From Hyaloraphidium curvatum SAG 235-1 (lineage: Eukaryota > Fungi > Monoblepharomycota), in contig JAIVFI010000001.1 in the NCBI GenBank assembly GCA_025558095.1, positions 310,001 through 374,000 of the forward strand: a stretch of DNA of 64,000 nucleotides, in the 5' to 3' direction. Shown here one piece after another: positions 61,270 to 64,000 of the stretch. Within the stretch, counting starts at the first letter, position 1. The number at the start of each line of letters is the position of its first letter. The notes beneath the pieces were generated by a model. The model did no database searches, was not told the DNA's origin, and saw only the letters and a list, made by a program, of their open reading frames with translations. A program made the translations under genes and the position numbers.

Positions 61270-62567
61270 ATGGCGTCGCCGGCCTTCAAGCGCAAGGCGC
61301 TCACCGACGCCGACTTCCCGCCGCTGCAGAATGACCTGCTGCTGTGCGCCGCAAAGGGGCTGCCCGTGCGGAAGGTGCCCGTGTGGATCATGCGCCAGGC
61401 CGGCCGCTACCTCCCGGGTGGGCACCCCGCCCCCTCAACGCCCGCACCACACCTAACACGCGCGACAGAGTTCCGCGAGGCCCGCGCCAAGTACGACTTC
61501 TTCACCATCTGCCGCACCCCCGAGCTCGCGTGCCTGGTCACGCTGCAGCCCATCGACCGCTACGGCGACCTGCTGGACGCCTCGATCATCTTCTCGGACA
61601 TCCTGGTGGTGCCGCAGGCCCTCGGCCTGACGGTCGAGATGCTGCCCAAGGAGGGCCCGCACTTTCCCGAGCCGCTCAAGGGGCCCGAGGACCTGGGCAG
61701 GCTGGCGGAAAAGGTCGACGTGGAGGAGGCCCTGGGCTACGTGTTCGACGCCATCACGCTCACCCGGCAGAAGCTCGGCGGGCGGGTGCCGCTGTTCGGT
61801 TTCGCCGGCGCGCCGTGGACGCTGATGGCCTACATGATCGAGGGCGGGGGCAGCAAGACGCTGTCCAAGGCCAAGGGGTGGCTGTACCGCCACCCCGAGG
61901 CCAGCCACAAGCTCCTCCAGAAGGTGACGGACGTGCTGGTGGACTTTCTCGTGGGGCAGGTGCGCGCCGGCGCTCAGGTGAAACCACTTGCGGCCGCCCC
62001 GTCGGAGTCCCGTACCCACATCCGTTCCCTCCAGGCCCTGCAGGTCTTTGACTCCTGGGGCGGCGAGCTCTCCCCCTCCTCCTTCACCGCCTTCTCCCTC
62101 CCCTACCTCTCCCAGATCCCCGAGCGCGTCCGCGCCCTCCTCGCCGCCGAGGGCCTCCCCTCGGTCCCCATCGTGGTCTTCGCCAAGGGCGCGCACTTTG
62201 CCGTCGCCGAGCTGTCGGCGACGGGGTACGACGTGATCGGGCTGGACTGGACCATGCGCCCCTCCGAGGTGCGGAAGCAGCTCGAAGGGAAGGGCAAGGC
62301 GGTGCAAGGCAACCTGGACCCGTGCGCGCTGTACGGCGACGCCGAGGGGATCAGGAGGGAGGCCGAGGCGATGTTCCGCGCGTTCTGCGGCGGGCAGGGG
62401 GGGAGCGCGGGGTGGATCGCCAATTTGGGGCACGGGATATACCCGGACCACGACCCGGAGAAGCTGAGGGCGTACCTCGAGGCGGTGGTAAGTTGGCCGG
62501 TGCGGCCGTCGCCATCGGACGCTCACGCTCCATGCAGCATGATCTCTCGAAGGAGTACTGCAAATAG
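61270..62567 (+). CDS. HEM12: Uroporphyrinogen decarboxylase
   Basis: PVWIMRQAGRYLP, IIFSDILVVP, QGNLDP, NLGHGI. Confidence 0.97.
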
Positions 62568-62727
62568 ATTGGGCTGCCGTGTATTTCCCGGGGGACAGGT
62601 TGCGGCGCAGGCGGCCTTGAATGATCGAGCGCGACGCCTTCTCAACTAGATTCGCCGCCGAAGAGTCCCCTCCGCGACCTCGCCGCCGCGCCGTGCCGAA
62701 CATTCTACAGCATCGGCTGCGCCAACG

Positions 62728-63765
62728 ATGCCGCAAGACAGCAACGGACCCGCCGTCCCCGTCTCCGGGGTGCCCGAGGTTGCGATGGCGGCGGCTCGGG
62801 CCCCCGGAGGGGCCGAAGCGCGGACGGACGGCGGTGCTGCGCCGGAACTCGACCCGATGGCCGTTGGAAAGGACGGGATTCGTCCGGTTTCGGTTGGGGA
62901 AGGCGCGAACGGGGTTGCGGGAGGGTCGGGGACGCCACATCTCGGAGGCCCGCAACCACGGCCGGGGAGCGATGCGGGGACGGAAAGGACGTTTGCCGCC
63001 GGCGATGCGGTGGCATCGAAGCCCGAAACCGGGAACGGGGCGGTTCCTTCCGGCCCTGCTGAGGCCGGCAGCGGGCAGCCAGTGCGAAGGAAGCGGACAT
63101 TGTCGCGGACGTCGGCTGCCGCGAAAGAGCCGGTTATGACGTCCGATGATGCCGCAAGGGATCGAATGGACTCGAGGGAAGCATTGGAGGAAAGGGCCGT
63201 GGAGCCCGGGGACCCGGAGGAGGCGGGATCTGGCCTGGAGGAGGGATCAGGAGCAGATTCCGGGCCCGAGGCGGACGGGGAGGCTGCCGAAGACTCGCAG
63301 GCGGAGGAGTCGGAAGAAGAGGATGGCGATGGGAACGACTCCGCGGCCGAAGCCGACCCGGAAGAGCCGGAGGAGCGCGAACCGGGCTCCATCATGGAGG
63401 AGATCTGGCGCTCCGTCATGACCCCCGGCGTGCCCAACTCGCGGGTGCAGATGTTCTTCAACTTCATCTTCGTCCTGCTGTTCCTCTCCCTGGGCGCGCT
63501 GTTCGTCGTCAGCGGGTACAGCCTGCACGTGGTGGTGCTGATCGCCGCGGCGGTGGGGCTGTTCGGGAGCGTGCAGTGGTGGGTCACGTCGGTGCGACGG
63601 TGGTTTCGGGGGCTGATCTTTGCCTGAAGGTTCCTGCAGGAAGCTGCTATGGTCGAAGAGGCGGCGAAGGAGGCAGAGAGGAGGAAGAGATCCGCGGCCA
63701 AGGATGCTGAAGACAAGGAGGGAGGGGAATCTCACGGGGCCGCGGAGGGAAAGAAGACGCGATGA
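62728..63765 (+). CDS. PKR1: ER V-ATPase assembly factor Pkr1 with long acidic N-terminal extension
   Basis: IWRSVMTPGV + two TMs + GLFGSVQW|F; C-terminal KKTR ER-retrieval signal. The true start is uncertain. Confidence 0.78.
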
Positions 63766-63791
63766 GACACAGGTGTCTTCCTCACTACACC

Positions 63792-64000
63792 TTAGGGTAT
63801 CTCCACTATAATCGAGGCCCCTCCTGCTCCGTCCGGCACGGCGTAATCGAAGAGATACCGGCCCGGCGAGTCGTCCGGCAGGGTGGAGGCCATCAACGTG
63901 GCGTACTGCCTCGGGTTCAAATGGAACACCTCGTGGCTTCCGGGCGAGGGGCGGGCCCCGGTCGGACGGCACTTGGCGCTCTGGGCTGCCATTTCGCACG
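63792..64000 (-). CDS. 3' end of an unidentified gene
   Basis: Open frame entering from the window edge and ending ...YLFDYAVPDGAGGASIIVEIP*. Confidence 0.4.
   Translation of the reverse strand, partial: CEMAAQSAKCRPTGARPSPGSHEVFHLNPRQYATLMASTLPDDSPGRYLFDYAVPDGAGGASIIVEIP

Overview
GC-rich, gene-dense eukaryotic DNA. Many short GT-AG introns (about 50-110 nt, CTGAC/CTAAC branch points) and fungal-type housekeeping genes (MET3, HEM12, ERG27, UAP1, SCP160, RBA50, PKR1, MED6, Cys2-like) point to an early-diverging fungus, by inference a chytrid/Monoblepharidomycete-like organism. The window starts inside an apparently intact Ty3/Gypsy LTR retrotransposon (minus strand). It has a 131-bp 5' LTR, a Tf1-type self-priming site and a gag/pol -1 junction followed by a predicted pseudoknot, and it is inserted at the last codons of a glycosyltransferase gene. 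Accessory genes include three intronless glycosyltransferase-like genes, a secreted HSP20-LEA fusion, an intron-containing MlrC peptidase, a myristoylated hemerythrin, a MIB/HERC2-repeat-ankyrin tandem kinase with a sister kinase, a secreted mucin with SdrD-B-like and phage-tail-like Gly-rich domains, and a GPI-anchored CBA1-like cobalamin-binding protein. Several decayed copies of nearby genes are scattered in between. All calls come from reading motifs by eye. No database searches were run, and exon boundaries are manual predictions.
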